Assembly: GCA_963727485.1 (NCBI GenBank)
Contig: CAVSGM010000002.1
Span: forward strand, 1,280,001-1,344,000
Length of the DNA: 64,000 nt
Direction of reading: 5' to 3'
Origin: an uncultured delta proteobacterium
Lineage (GTDB): Bacteria; Myxococcota; Myxococcia; SLRQ01
This document shows positions 1 to 10,156 of this stretch, piece after piece (position 1 is the first letter of the stretch; the number at the start of each line of letters is the position of its first letter). A model generated the notes under the pieces. That model did no database searches. It saw only the letters and a program-made list of their open reading frames with translations, and was not told the DNA's origin. Made by a program: the position numbers and the translations under genes.

Positions 1-901
1 AGCGCACCCACCGGGCCCGGAACCTCGCCAGGTCCACGGTCTCGGCCACCACCGGCCCCCGGTCCCCGGCGCCGTCCACCGCCAGGAGGCTCCGGGCGTA
101 GAAGGGCGTGTCCTCGAGGGTGCGCACCAGCCGGGCCGGCCGGTCGGCGTCGACGCGCTGGGAGCGGTCGAGGCCCCAGGCGCTCGGGGGCAGGCGCGAG
201 ACCGGCGCGGCCCGCGGGGTGGCGATGCCCCGGCGGGGGTCGAAGGTGGCGGCGAAGAGCCTTGGGGCGCCCTCCCGGGGCAGGGTGTCGTAGACCACCG
301 CGGTCCGCCCCGAGGCCAGGCGCCGGCGCTGCCACCGCCAGCCGTCGAGGTCCGCCTCCAGGGCCCGGGTGCCCAGGTTCAGGTCGTGGTAGGCGCTCCC
401 GGTGAAGCGCAGGGCGGGCGCCGAGAGGTCGACCTCGGCCCGGGCCACCGGCGCCACCGGGTGCCAGAGGTGCCGGGCCGCCGGGTCGAGGGCCACCGCC
501 CCGGCGAAGCGGGCCTCGGGGTGGAGGCGCACCGTCCCCGCGAGGCGCCCGCCGAAGGGCGCCCGGGTCTCGTCGAAGGCGAGGACCAGGGTGTCGCCCT
601 CCCAGACGAGGCGGGTGGGCCCCACGGCGAGGTGGTCCGGGCCCCGGGACACCGCCTGCCGGGGCCGCTCGTTGAAGGCCCAGGCGTGGCGCCGGTCGTA
701 GAGGCAGAGGTTCACCGCCGCGTGGTCCAGGGGATCGGCGGCGCCGAGGGCCCGGGCCTTCGCGTAGCGCGGGGAGAACACGCTGCCCAGGAACACGATG
801 GCGGTCAGACCGAGGGCGCCGTCGTCGGTGACGACGTCGAGGTACCACCAGGCGTAGGCACCGTCACCGAGGGGGAGATCGAAGGCAGGTCCGCGATCAC
901 C
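1..901 (-). CDS. crtC: Carotenoid 1,2-hydratase (hydroxyneurosporene synthase); 3' end runs off the window, start uncertain
   Basis: Minus-strand frame not in the ORF track reads GPAFDLPLGDGAYAWWYLD..AIVFLGSVFSPRY..RHLWHPVAP..AYHDLNLGTRALEADLDGWRWQR, which are CrtC motifs. Overlaps the end of crtD. Confidence 0.85.
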
Positions 902-2379
902 GCCTCCGAGGCCCGCCGCCCCGAGAGGGCCACCATCGGCACCCCCGGCCCCGGGTGGGCGCTCCCCCCGACGAGGTAGAGGCCCGGCAGCCGGCTGCGC
1001 GCCGGCGCCCGGTGGAACACCGAGGTCGCCCCGTGGGTCAGGGGCCCGTAGAGGGCGCCCCCGCTCCCCGGGAACCGCGCCTCGAAGGCCACCGGATCCT
1101 GGCGCCAGAGGTCCCGGATCGTCAGCTGCAGGCCCCGGCGGGCCATCGACTCGAAGACGTGTCGCTCGCATGCGTCGACCTCCCCGGGCGTCGGGCGCCC
1201 GGTGTCCCCGAGGGCCGGGGCGTTGACCAGGAGGAGGAGCCGCTCGGGGCCCCCCGCCTCCTCGGTGTCGCCCCGATCCTGGGCACAGACATAGACGGTG
1301 GGATTGGCCGGGAGCCGGCCGTCCTGGAAGATTGCCCGGAACTCCTCGGCGGGCTTCCCGGAGAAGAGGACGGTGTGGCGCAAGAGCGGCAGGCCCCGGG
1401 CCTCCGCCACCACCCCCCAGGTGACCGCCGACAGGGACCGGGCCTGGCGCCCCAGGCCCGCCGCCCGGCCGAGGCCGTCGCCGAGGTCGCCGCGGACCAG
1501 CGCCCCGGCGTCGACGCCCACCACCACCACCTCGGCCTCGAGGACCTCCCCGGACGCGGTGCGCACCCCTCTGGCCCGGCCCCCCCGGCGGAGGACCTCG
1601 GCGACCGGGGTGCCGCAGCGGATTTGGGCGCCGAGGGAGGTGGCGAGGCCGGCGAGGGCCTCGGCGAGGCGGTGCATCCCGCCGTCGACGTACCACACCC
1701 CCGCGCGCTCCACGTGGGCCACCAGGTTGAGGGTCGCCGGGACCCCGGTGGGGGCGGCGCCGGTGTAGGTGGCGTAGCGGCCGAAGAGCTCGAGGAGGCG
1801 CGCGTCGCGGAAGAAGCGGCGCAGGGCCCGGTCCATGGTGCGCAGGCCGTCGATGGCGCGCAGGCGCGCCGGGGCGGCGAGGCCGGTCTCCCGGAGGACG
1901 GTGGCGAAGGTGGGGCGCTGGGCGTCGAGGAACGGCCCCTCGACCGCCTCGTAGATCTTCCGGGTGTACTCGGCGAAGGCCCGGTAGCCCTCACCCTCGG
2001 CGGGGCCGGCGAGGGCGGCGATGGCCTCGGCGTTGGCGTCGAGGTCGGGGGTGAGGTCGAGGCGGCTGCCGTCGGGCCACTCGTGGCGGGCGAGGACGGC
2101 GGCGCGCCGGAGGGTCACCCAGTCGTCGAGGTGGCTCCCGGCGTCCTCGAAGATCGCGTCGAAGACCCGGCGGAGGGTGAGGACGGTGGGCCCGACGTCG
2201 AGCCACTGGCCCCCCACGTTCCGGCTGCGCATCTTTCCCCCGACGGCGGGGTGCTGCTCGAGGACGGTCACCTCGAGACCGGCGCGGGCGAGGAGGACGG
2301 CGGCGCAGAGGCCACCGACGCCGGCGCCGACGACCACGGCGCGGGGGGCGCTCCGGGGAGGGGTGGGGTTCTCTCTCAT
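805..2379 (-). CDS. crtD: Phytoene desaturase-family carotenoid desaturase, probably 1-hydroxycarotenoid 3,4-desaturase
   Basis: VVVGAGVGGL FAD motif, DVGPTVLT, C-terminal GGSAHPGPGVPMVALSG, adjacent to crtC. Start taken at ATG 2379 (MRENP). Confidence 0.85.
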   Translation of the reverse strand: MRENPTPPRSAPRAVVVGAGVGGLCAAVLLARAGLEVTVLEQHPAVGGKMRSRNVGGQWLDVGPTVLTLRRVFDAIFEDAGSHLDDWVTLRRAAVLARHEWPDGSRLDLTPDLDANAEAIAALAGPAEGEGYRAFAEYTRKIYEAVEGPFLDAQRPTFATVLRETGLAAPARLRAIDGLRTMDRALRRFFRDARLLELFGRYATYTGAAPTGVPATLNLVAHVERAGVWYVDGGMHRLAEALAGLATSLGAQIRCGTPVAEVLRRGGRARGVRTASGEVLEAEVVVVGVDAGALVRGDLGDGLGRAAGLGRQARSLSAVTWGVVAEARGLPLLRHTVLFSGKPAEEFRAIFQDGRLPANPTVYVCAQDRGDTEEAGGPERLLLLVNAPALGDTGRPTPGEVDACERHVFESMARRGLQLTIRDLWRQDPVAFEARFPGSGGALYGPLTHGATSVFHRAPARSRLPGLYLVGGSAHPGPGVPMVALSGRRASEAVIADLPSISPSVTVPTPGGTSTSSPTTAPSV

Positions 2380-2440
2380 TGTTTGTCCAGACAAATATGT
2401 AGCCTTGACAATCATTATGCAAGCCCCCATTGTCCACGAG
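2380..2440. promoter_or_regulatory. Divergent crtD/crtE promoter region, candidate CarH operator
   Basis: AT-rich island with palindrome TTTGTC-CA-GACAAA (2382-2395), TTGACA at 2405-2410 and TnnACA-like half-sites. Confidence 0.5.
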
Positions 2441-2452
2441 GTGGAGGTAGCC

Positions 2453-3334
2453 ATGAATCGCCAGCACCGCATCGCCGCCGCAGTGGCCCGGGCCCTCGAG
2501 GGGCTCGAGGGCCCCACCTGCCCGCCGACCCTCGCCACCGCCATGCGCTGGGCGGTCCTCCCTGGGGGGAGCCGCCTGCGCCCGGGGCTGTGCCTGGCGG
2601 TGGCCGAGGCCTGCGGCGACGACGACCCCGGGCTCGCCGACGCCGCCGCCGCGGCGGTGGAGCTGCTCCACTGCGCCTCCCTGGTCCACGACGACCTCCC
2701 GGTCTTCGACGACGCCGAGCTGCGCCGGGGCCGGGCCACGGTGCACCGCCGCTTCGGCGAGCCGGTGGCCCTCCTCGCCGGGGACGGGCTCATCGTCCGG
2801 GCCTTCGAGGTCCTCGGCGCCGCGGGCACCCGGTACCCCGAGCGCCTCCCGGCGGTCCTCGCCGAGGTCGCCCGGGGCGTCGGCGCCCCCCACGGGATTG
2901 TCGCCGGCCAGGCCTGGGAGAGCGAGCCCCGGGTCGACCTCTCCGCCTACCACCGGGCCAAGACCGGGGCCCTCTTCGAGGCCGCCGCCGCCGCCGGCGC
3001 CGCCGCCGCCGGCCACGACCCCCACCCCTGGCGCACCCTCGGGAGCCACCTCGGCGAGGCCTACCAGGTCGCCGACGATCTCTTCGACGCCGGCCTCTCG
3101 GGCACCGTCCCCGGCGCCAAGGCCCCGGGGCGCGACGCCGCCCTCGGTCGGCCCAACGCCACCGCCACCCTCGGCGTCGACGGGGCCCGGGCCCGCCTCG
3201 GCCGGCTCACCCGCCTCGCCCGGGAGGCCATCCCCGAGGTCCCGGGCCGCGACGCGGTGGACGCCTGGCTGGTCCAGCTCGCCGGCCGCCTCGCCCCCGA
3301 CCCCGGGGGGGCCTCGGCACCGGCGCGGGCCTAG
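2453..3334 (+). CDS. crtE: Geranylgeranyl diphosphate synthase (polyprenyl synthetase)
   Basis: GGSRLRP, SLVHDDLPVFDDAELRRG, KTGALF and YQVADD motifs; GGAGG RBS before ATG 2453. Confidence 0.9.
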   Translation: MNRQHRIAAAVARALEGLEGPTCPPTLATAMRWAVLPGGSRLRPGLCLAVAEACGDDDPGLADAAAAAVELLHCASLVHDDLPVFDDAELRRGRATVHRRFGEPVALLAGDGLIVRAFEVLGAAGTRYPERLPAVLAEVARGVGAPHGIVAGQAWESEPRVDLSAYHRAKTGALFEAAAAAGAAAAGHDPHPWRTLGSHLGEAYQVADDLFDAGLSGTVPGAKAPGRDAALGRPNATATLGVDGARARLGRLTRLAREAIPEVPGRDAVDAWLVQLAGRLAPDPGGASAPARA

Positions 3335-3439
3335 ACTCCCCTGGGGAGCAGGGGCCAGGCCCCGGGTGGGTTCACCGACTGGCCGACCGCCCGCTGCCCA
3401 TTGCACAATGGAGGTCGCAGGGAGTCGCCGGGGGGTCCG

Positions 3440-5419
3440 ATGCCGACCATTGAGGGTGCGCCCGACGCGCACGAGATCCTGGAGCAGATCCGAGAGGGCG
3501 TGGTCACCCTCGATGGCGGGTGGCGCTACGTCTACGCGAACCGCCGCGCCGCCGAGCTCCTGGACGCCGAGCCCGGCACCCTCCTCGGCCAGGTGATCTG
3601 GGAGCTGTTCCCGGAGGTGGCCGCCGAGCCCTTCGGCCCGGCGATCCGCCGGAGCCGGGCCCAGGGCCGGTCCACCCACGCCGAGGGCTACTTCCACCCC
3701 CTGGGGCGGTGGTTCGACATCGAGGCCCACCCCAGCAACGGCGGGGTGACCGTCGTCTTCCGGGACGCCGACGCCCGGCACCGCACCGAGGCCGACCTCG
3801 AGGCCCGGGCCCGGCAGCAGGCGGCGGTGGCCACCGTCTCCCGGGCGATCCTCGCCGGGCTGCCCCTCCCGGAGATCTACGAGCTGGCCTGCGACGCGGT
3901 CGCCGAGTCCCTGGGGGTGCCCCTGGCGAAGGTCCTGGTCCTCGAGGGCGACGCCCTGCGCCTGGTGGCCGGCCGCGGCTGGGACGACGCCGAGCTCGGC
4001 CGGGCCACCGTCCCCACCAGCCGCGAGAGCCAGGGCGGCTTCACCCTGGTCCACGGCGAGCCGGTGGCCGTCACCGACTTCGCCTTCGAGACCCGCTTCT
4101 CCCGCCCGCAGCTCCTCTCGCGCCACGGGGTGCGCAGCGGGGTGAGCGTGGTGATCCGGGCCGACGGGGCCCCCTTCGGGGTCCTCGGGGCCCACGACCG
4201 TGCGCCCCGGCAGTTCAGCGACGACGACACCCGCTTCCTCGCCAGCGTCGGCAACGTCCTGGGCCTGGCGGTGGAGCGCCACCGCGACCGCGCCCGCCTC
4301 GCCGAGAGCGAGACCCTCTTCCGCCAGCTCGCCGAGCACATCGACGCGGTGCTCTTCATGACCAGCGTCGGCACCGACCAGGTGATCTACGCCAACCCCG
4401 CCTACGACCGGATCTTCGGCCGGCCCCGCAGCGAGCTGGCCTCCACCCCCGGGGCCTGGCTGGAGGCGGTGCACCCCGACGACCGACAAGAGGTCGAGGC
4501 GGCGCTGGCCGCCGACCGGCTCCACTTCGACCGGACCTTCCGCATCGTGCGCCCCGACGGCGAGGTGCGGTGGATCCACGACCGGGTGTTCCCGGTCCCC
4601 GACGGTGAGCGCTCGGTGGGCCGGGTGGTGGGGGTGGCCGAGGACGTCACCGAGCAGCGTGCCGCCGCCCGGGCCGCCCGCCACCTCACCCAGGAGCGCC
4701 TCGCCCGGGCCAGCGCCGAGGCGGCGGTGAAGGCCCGGGACGAGGTCCTCGCCTACGTCTCCCACGAGCTGCGCAGCCCCCTGGGGAGCATCGGGCTGAC
4801 CATCGACCTCCTCCGGCGCCGGGGGGCGACGGAGCTCGACACCTCCCTCGAGATCCTCGAGCGGTCGGTGGGCCAGATGGAGCGCCTCATCCGCGACCTC
4901 CTCGACGTGGCCCGCCTCGAGGCCGGGCGCCTGGCGGTGGAGACCTTGCCCGCGGACCTCGCCGGCCTCCTCGAGGAGGTCGCCGCCGACGCCGGCTCCC
5001 GCCTCGGGGACCGGGCGGTGCGGGTGGTGGTCGACCTCGACCCGCGGCTCCCCCGGGTCCTCGCCGATCCGGCCCGGCTGCGCCAGGTCCTCGACAACCT
5101 GGTCACCAACGCCCTGAAGTTCACCCGGGAGGGCCGCATCACCCTCAAGGCCACCCCCGACCGGGAGCAGGTGGTGGTCTCGGTGGCCGACACCGGGGTG
5201 GGCCTCTCCGCCGAGGACGTCCCCCGGCTCTTCGACCGGTTCTGGCAGGGCCGCCGGGGCGACCGCCGGGGCGCGGGGCTGGGGCTCGCCATCGTCAAGG
5301 GGCTCATCGAGGCCCAGGGCGGCGAGGTCTGGGCCGAGAGCCGCGAGGGGGTGGGCACCACGGTGAGCTTCTCGCTCCCGGTGGCCCCCGAGAGCCGCTC
5401 CGGCGCCGAGCGGCGGTAG
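3440..5419 (+). CDS. PAS-GAF-PAS sensor histidine kinase
   Basis: PAS and GAF segments, H-box SHELRSPL, N-box NALKFT, G-boxes DTGVG and GAGLGLAIVK. Confidence 0.9.
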   Translation: MPTIEGAPDAHEILEQIREGVVTLDGGWRYVYANRRAAELLDAEPGTLLGQVIWELFPEVAAEPFGPAIRRSRAQGRSTHAEGYFHPLGRWFDIEAHPSNGGVTVVFRDADARHRTEADLEARARQQAAVATVSRAILAGLPLPEIYELACDAVAESLGVPLAKVLVLEGDALRLVAGRGWDDAELGRATVPTSRESQGGFTLVHGEPVAVTDFAFETRFSRPQLLSRHGVRSGVSVVIRADGAPFGVLGAHDRAPRQFSDDDTRFLASVGNVLGLAVERHRDRARLAESETLFRQLAEHIDAVLFMTSVGTDQVIYANPAYDRIFGRPRSELASTPGAWLEAVHPDDRQEVEAALAADRLHFDRTFRIVRPDGEVRWIHDRVFPVPDGERSVGRVVGVAEDVTEQRAAARAARHLTQERLARASAEAAVKARDEVLAYVSHELRSPLGSIGLTIDLLRRRGATELDTSLEILERSVGQMERLIRDLLDVARLEAGRLAVETLPADLAGLLEEVAADAGSRLGDRAVRVVVDLDPRLPRVLADPARLRQVLDNLVTNALKFTREGRITLKATPDREQVVVSVADTGVGLSAEDVPRLFDRFWQGRRGDRRGAGLGLAIVKGLIEAQGGEVWAESREGVGTTVSFSLPVAPESRSGAERR

Positions 5420-5435
5420 GCGCCGGGCCCCGGGC

Positions 5436-6359
5436 TCAGCGGCGGCGGCTGGCGGCGAGGTGGCGCTCGAGCTGGGGCTTGAGGGCCTCGAGATCCTCCC
5501 CCGGCGGCGGGGCCAGGAGGCCCCCGTGCTTCTCCACCCGCCGCCGCAGGGCCTCGGCCCCGGCGCCGCCGACGACCCAGGGCACCTCCCCCACCGCCTT
5601 GGCGTAGGCGTCCACCAGCTTGCGCGCCGCCTCCGGCGCCGGGGCCACGCTCACCGAGAGCCCCACCAGCGCCGGCTCGAGGACCTTGACCGCGTGGCCC
5701 AGGGCCTCGGGCGGGGTGCGGGCCCCGAGGACCAGGGTCCCGAAGCCCCACTGCACCAGGTGGAAGGCGACCCCGTAGAGGGGCAGGGCGTGGGTCTCGT
5801 CGGCGAAGCAGGCGAGCAGCGCCATCCGCTCGGCGTCCTCGGGCTGCACCAGGCGCAGGAGCTGGCGGCAGGTGCGCCCGAGGAGCTCGCTGGCCAGGTG
5901 CTCCTGGGCCACGCTCACCTCGCCCTCGTGCCACTTGTCGCCCACCTCGCGCATCGCCGGCCCCAGGGCCCGGGAGAACACGGCGCTCGCCGAGCCCAGG
6001 GTGGTGGCCCACTGGATCGCCTGCTCCAGCCCCGTGGGGTCGAAGCGGGTCACCGCGGCGACGATGCGCGCCCGGGCCTGGTCGAAGGCGTCCTCCCCGG
6101 GGGCCACCGGCACCGCCTCCAGGGCCGCCTCGGCCTTCTGGATCAGGGCCGCCGCCTCCGCGGGGGCGGTCCCCTGGTCGATGAGATCGCGCAGGCGCTT
6201 GATCACCTCGAGGTCGTGCTCGGAGTAGAGCCGGTAGGCGCTCTTGGTGCGGCTCGGCGCCGGGATCCCGTAGCGCCGCTCCCAGGCCCGCAGCGTGGGG
6301 GCGGGGATCCCGGTGAGCTCGGAGACGGCCTGGATGCGGTATCGCCCGGTGTCGTTCAT
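5436..6359 (-). CDS. carH: MerR-family regulator with cobalamin-binding domain (CarH/LitR-type photoreceptor)
   Basis: RAWERRY HTH, W-x9-EH (WHEGEVSVAQEH), ExH B12 motif (ETHALP), close to crt genes. Confidence 0.85.
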   Translation of the reverse strand: MNDTGRYRIQAVSELTGIPAPTLRAWERRYGIPAPSRTKSAYRLYSEHDLEVIKRLRDLIDQGTAPAEAAALIQKAEAALEAVPVAPGEDAFDQARARIVAAVTRFDPTGLEQAIQWATTLGSASAVFSRALGPAMREVGDKWHEGEVSVAQEHLASELLGRTCRQLLRLVQPEDAERMALLACFADETHALPLYGVAFHLVQWGFGTLVLGARTPPEALGHAVKVLEPALVGLSVSVAPAPEAARKLVDAYAKAVGEVPWVVGGAGAEALRRRVEKHGGLLAPPPGEDLEALKPQLERHLAASRRR

Positions 6360-6369
6360 GTGTGTTCCT

Positions 6370-6402
6370 TCTTTGAACAAAGATTCCACATGTCTTGTAG
6401 TC
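6370..6402. promoter_or_regulatory. Candidate CarH autoregulatory operator (11-bp tandem repeats)
   Basis: TGAACA (6374-6379) and TCCACA (6385-6390) are TnnACA units exactly 11 bp apart, just upstream of carH. Confidence 0.55.
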
Positions 6403-6467
6403 CCCGGCGGAGGCCGTGTCCATGGGGGAGCGTTGCCGACCCCCAGGGGGGGTGCTAGCGTCCGCCC

Positions 6468-7631
6468 ATGGTTGCCACCTTCGACTTTCCCACCCGGATC
6501 CGCTTCGGCGAGGGGGCCGTCCGGGTCCTCGCCGAGGAGCTCACCGACCGAGGCCTCGAGCACGTCCTCGTGGTCACCGACCCCGGGGTGGTCGCCGCGG
6601 GCCTCCTGAAGATCGTCGAGGGGGTCCTCGACGACGCCGGCATCGCCCACACCGCCTTCGACGGGGTGCAGACCAACCCCGAGGAGAAGGACCTCCACGC
6701 CGGGGTCAGCGCCTGGCGCGACGCCGGGGCCGACGCGGTGGTGGCGCTGGGCGGCGGGGCGGCGATGGACACCGCCAAGGGCGTGCGGCTCCTCGCCACC
6801 CACCCCGGGCCGCTGGCCCAGTACGACGACGCCAAGGGCGGGGCGCGGTTCATCTCCGCCGACCTCCCGCCACTCATCGCCATCCCCACCACCGCCGGGA
6901 CCGGCAGCGAGGTGGGCCGCAGCCTGGTGGTGACCCTCGAGGAGACCCGGAAGAAGACGGTCATCTTCTCGCCCCACCTCATGCCCACCGTGGCGCTGTG
7001 CGACCCGGACCTCACCCGGGGGCTCCCCCCGAAGGTCACCGCCGCCACCGGGATGGACGCCCTCACCCACAACCTCGAGGCCTACCTGGCCAAGGGCTTC
7101 CACCCGCTGGCCGACGCCATCGGCATCCGCGGGGTGTCCCTGGTCCAGCGCTACCTCGCCCGGGCCGTCGAGTACGGCGAGGACATGGAGGCGCGCACCG
7201 GGATGATGAGCGCCGCGCTCATGGGCGCGGTGGCCTTCCAGAAGGGCCTGGGCGTCTCCCACTCCCTGGCCCACGCCCTGGGGGCCGTGTGCGGGCTCCA
7301 CCACGGGCTCGCCAACGCCCTGGTGCTCCCGGCGGTGCTCCGCTTCGACGCCGGGGCGGTCCCGGAGCGGGTGGCCGACGTGGCCACCGCGCTCGGCGCC
7401 TCGGGGGCGGGCTACGGCGACGCCCCCGGGGACCGGGCCGCCAACCGGGTGATCGAGCTGCGCGCCGACGCCGGCCTCCCGGCGTCGCTCACCGAGGCCG
7501 GGGTCGACCCCGGGCGCCTCCCGGACCTGGTGGCCGCGGCCCAGGCCGACGCCTGCCACCTCTCGGGCCCGCGGCCGGTGACCGCCAAGGACCTCACGGG
7601 CCTCTTCCAGGCGAGCTTCGGCGCCGACTGA
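6468..7631 (+). CDS. Iron-containing alcohol dehydrogenase
   Basis: GGGAAMD, IPTTAGTGSE, GMDALTHNLE, HSLAH and HHGLAN motifs. Confidence 0.92.
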   Translation: MVATFDFPTRIRFGEGAVRVLAEELTDRGLEHVLVVTDPGVVAAGLLKIVEGVLDDAGIAHTAFDGVQTNPEEKDLHAGVSAWRDAGADAVVALGGGAAMDTAKGVRLLATHPGPLAQYDDAKGGARFISADLPPLIAIPTTAGTGSEVGRSLVVTLEETRKKTVIFSPHLMPTVALCDPDLTRGLPPKVTAATGMDALTHNLEAYLAKGFHPLADAIGIRGVSLVQRYLARAVEYGEDMEARTGMMSAALMGAVAFQKGLGVSHSLAHALGAVCGLHHGLANALVLPAVLRFDAGAVPERVADVATALGASGAGYGDAPGDRAANRVIELRADAGLPASLTEAGVDPGRLPDLVAAAQADACHLSGPRPVTAKDLTGLFQASFGAD

Positions 7632-7693
7632 CGCCGGCGGGCGCCGACGGGCGTGACCGGCGGGCGCAACGGGCCGGACGCGACCGGCGGGGG

Positions 7694-8122
7694 CTACCGG
7701 CGCCGGGGCTGCGTCGGCGGCGCGGCGCCGGGGATGAGCGGGCTGCGCGGCGCCGGGGCATCCTCGCCGAGCGCTTCGAGCTCGGTCTCGACGTCGGCGA
7801 GCGCCGCGTCCAGGTCCCGGAGCGCCTGGCGCCGCTGGCGGATCAGGCGCCGGAACCTCCGGGCCCGGGCCCGGGCCTCGCTCACGGGCAGCCCGCCCCG
7901 CGCGAGCTCCAGCAGCTCCCGGATCTCGGCCAGCGAGAAGCCCAGGGTCTCGGCCCGCTGGATGAAGCGCACCCGGTCCACAATCCCGGTCCCGAAGAGG
8001 CGATGGCCCCCGACGGTGCGCCGGGCGTGGACCAGCCCCCGGGCCTCGTAGTAGCGAAGCGCCTGGGTGGTCAGCCCGGTCCGGGCGGCGACCTCGCCAA
8101 TCTTGTAGGGCCCCCCCCGCAT
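7694..8122 (-). CDS. MerR-family transcriptional regulator
   Basis: YKIGEVAARTGLTTQALRYYEARGL..RFIQRAETLGFSLAEIRELL. Confidence 0.85.
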   Translation of the reverse strand: MRGGPYKIGEVAARTGLTTQALRYYEARGLVHARRTVGGHRLFGTGIVDRVRFIQRAETLGFSLAEIRELLELARGGLPVSEARARARRFRRLIRQRRQALRDLDAALADVETELEALGEDAPAPRSPLIPGAAPPTQPRRR

Positions 8123-8304
8123 GGCGATGCGGCGGGACCGGGGACGAGTCCCCGGGGGGGAGGACGCGATCGCCCCGGCCCGCCACCCGTCCCTTCGCCC
8201 GCACGGCCCGCGACGTTTCACCGGGGCCGAGGCGACCGCCTCCGCGGGGCCCCGCGCCGCCGGCCGCCGCGCCGATGCTATGGTCGCGGCCAGGAGGATC
8301 CCCG

Positions 8305-8925
8305 ATGCCCCGCCGCCTCGCCGCTGCCCTCGTCTGCGCCCTCGCCGGTGTCGCCACCCCCGCCCTCGCCGCCGCGCCCCCGAGCCTGATGTCGCTGCTG
8401 AAGGAGGGCCCGGTGGTGGTGGTGAAGCACAACGCCAAGGGCCGCTTCGCCGCCTGCACCGGCATCACCCACGTCCACGCGTCGGTGGACGCGGTGTGGC
8501 AGGTGATCTCCCACCCGGGTGCCTGGCACACCTTCATGCCCAAGATGGAGCGCTCCCACGTGGAGCACGCCGGGAAGGGCTGGGCCATGGTCACCTTCGA
8601 GCTCGACGTCCCGGGCCCCGACCCCGAGTACACCCAGCGCTTCGACTTCGACGCCAAGACGCACACGGTGAAGGTCACCTGGATGCGCGGGGACCTCAAG
8701 GGCACCCACACCACCTGGAGGGTGGTGCCCCTCTCGGATCACGACGTGCTCCTCTACGAGACCAACGACACCGAGCACTACTCGGGCCTCGCCGAGTCCC
8801 TCGAGGACAAGCAGCAGACCATCACCATCGGGGTGAACGTCACCGCGGTCCTCGCCGGGCTCAAGGCGGTGCGGGTGCGCGCCGAGGCCGCCGGGCCCGC
8901 CCGGGGCGCGGCGAAGGCGCCGTGA
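8305..8925 (+). CDS. Secreted SRPBCC/START (polyketide cyclase-like) protein
   Basis: Signal peptide ending ALA-A; HASVDAVWQVISHPGAWHTFMP and GDLKGTHTTWRV patterns. Confidence 0.6.
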   Translation: MPRRLAAALVCALAGVATPALAAAPPSLMSLLKEGPVVVVKHNAKGRFAACTGITHVHASVDAVWQVISHPGAWHTFMPKMERSHVEHAGKGWAMVTFELDVPGPDPEYTQRFDFDAKTHTVKVTWMRGDLKGTHTTWRVVPLSDHDVLLYETNDTEHYSGLAESLEDKQQTITIGVNVTAVLAGLKAVRVRAEAAGPARGAAKAP

Positions 8926-8959
8926 TCCGGGACACATTCTAGTGTGATAGTCCTGGGCC

Positions 8960-10128
8960 ATGTCCCCGGCCCGCTCCCCGACCCTCGTCGCCGCCCTCCT
9001 CCTCGTCGCCGGCTGCGGCGCCTCCGCCACCCACCCCGGCGGGGCCTCGACGTCGACGCCACCGACCTGGCCACCGACGCGAACCTCCTGGCCCTGCCCC
9101 TGCCCTACTTCCCCGTCCCCTGGATGGGGCACCTGCCCTTCCAGCCGCCGCCCACCGAGTCCCCGAACTTCGTGGCCGAGCGGGAGAAGATGGCGGCGAT
9201 GGCGACCCAGCTCGGCCTCCCGGTGCTCCTCGAGCTCTCGCCCACGGCGATGAGCGGCGATCGCTACCTCGCCGAGGTCAAGCCGCCCACCGGCCCCCTC
9301 TACAACATGACCAACTACGTGCCGGTCTGCGGGGACCACCCGGGACCGGACGCCGCCAGCGTGAAGACCGCCTACCTCGCCTTCGTCGAGGAGATGATCG
9401 ACGCCCTCCACCCGAAGTACCTCGCCATCGGCTGGCGGGTGAACGTGTTCGCCGACGACTGCCCGACCCAGTGGCCGACCCTGAAGGCCCTGCTCAACGC
9501 CACCTACGCGGCGGTGAAGCAGGCGCACCCGAAGCTCACCGTCTTCGACACCTTCGACGCCGACGCCCTGTGGGCGGCGACCCCGGGCGGGGCCTGCGGC
9601 AAGGTCGATCGGGACTGCCTGACCAGGCGGCTGGCCGCCTACGGCGATCTGCGGACCGACCTCTTCGCCCTCTCGGCCCACCCCCTGGCCCTCCTCGACG
9701 CCGGCACCCTCCCCGACGACTACCTGACGATCTTCGGGAAGGTCACGGGCCTGCCGGTGGCGATCACCGACACCGACCTGCCCGGCGCCCCCCTCGCCGA
9801 GACCCTGAACACCACCCGCTGCGCCCCGGCGCTGGCCGCCACCGACGCCACCCGCACCAGCTGGGTGGAGCGGGTCATCGCCGACGGAACCGCGGCGAAG
9901 ATGCCCTTCGTGGTCTGGTCCACGGACCGGGCGCTCGTCCCCGCGGCGGACGCCGCGCCCTGCGCCTGCGGGAGCGCCACCAACGCCTGCCAGCGCCTGG
10001 GCGACATGGACCCCTTCTTCCGGGGGCCGGTGCGCGCCCTCGCCCTCTCGTCGCTTCGGGCGGCGGAGGGGAGCCCGACCCCGGCCCTGGCGAAGTGGCA
10101 GGCGGGGGTCAAGGCGGCGGCGCCCTGA
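8960..10128 (+). CDS. Putative lipoprotein, possibly glycoside-hydrolase-like barrel; apparent frameshift near 9050
   Basis: Lipobox LLVAGC in the frame starting at 8960; the rest of the plausible protein lies in the 8944..10128 frame. Confidence 0.5.
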
Positions 10129-10156
10129 GGCTTGGGCGCGACGGGGCCGGGGGCCT

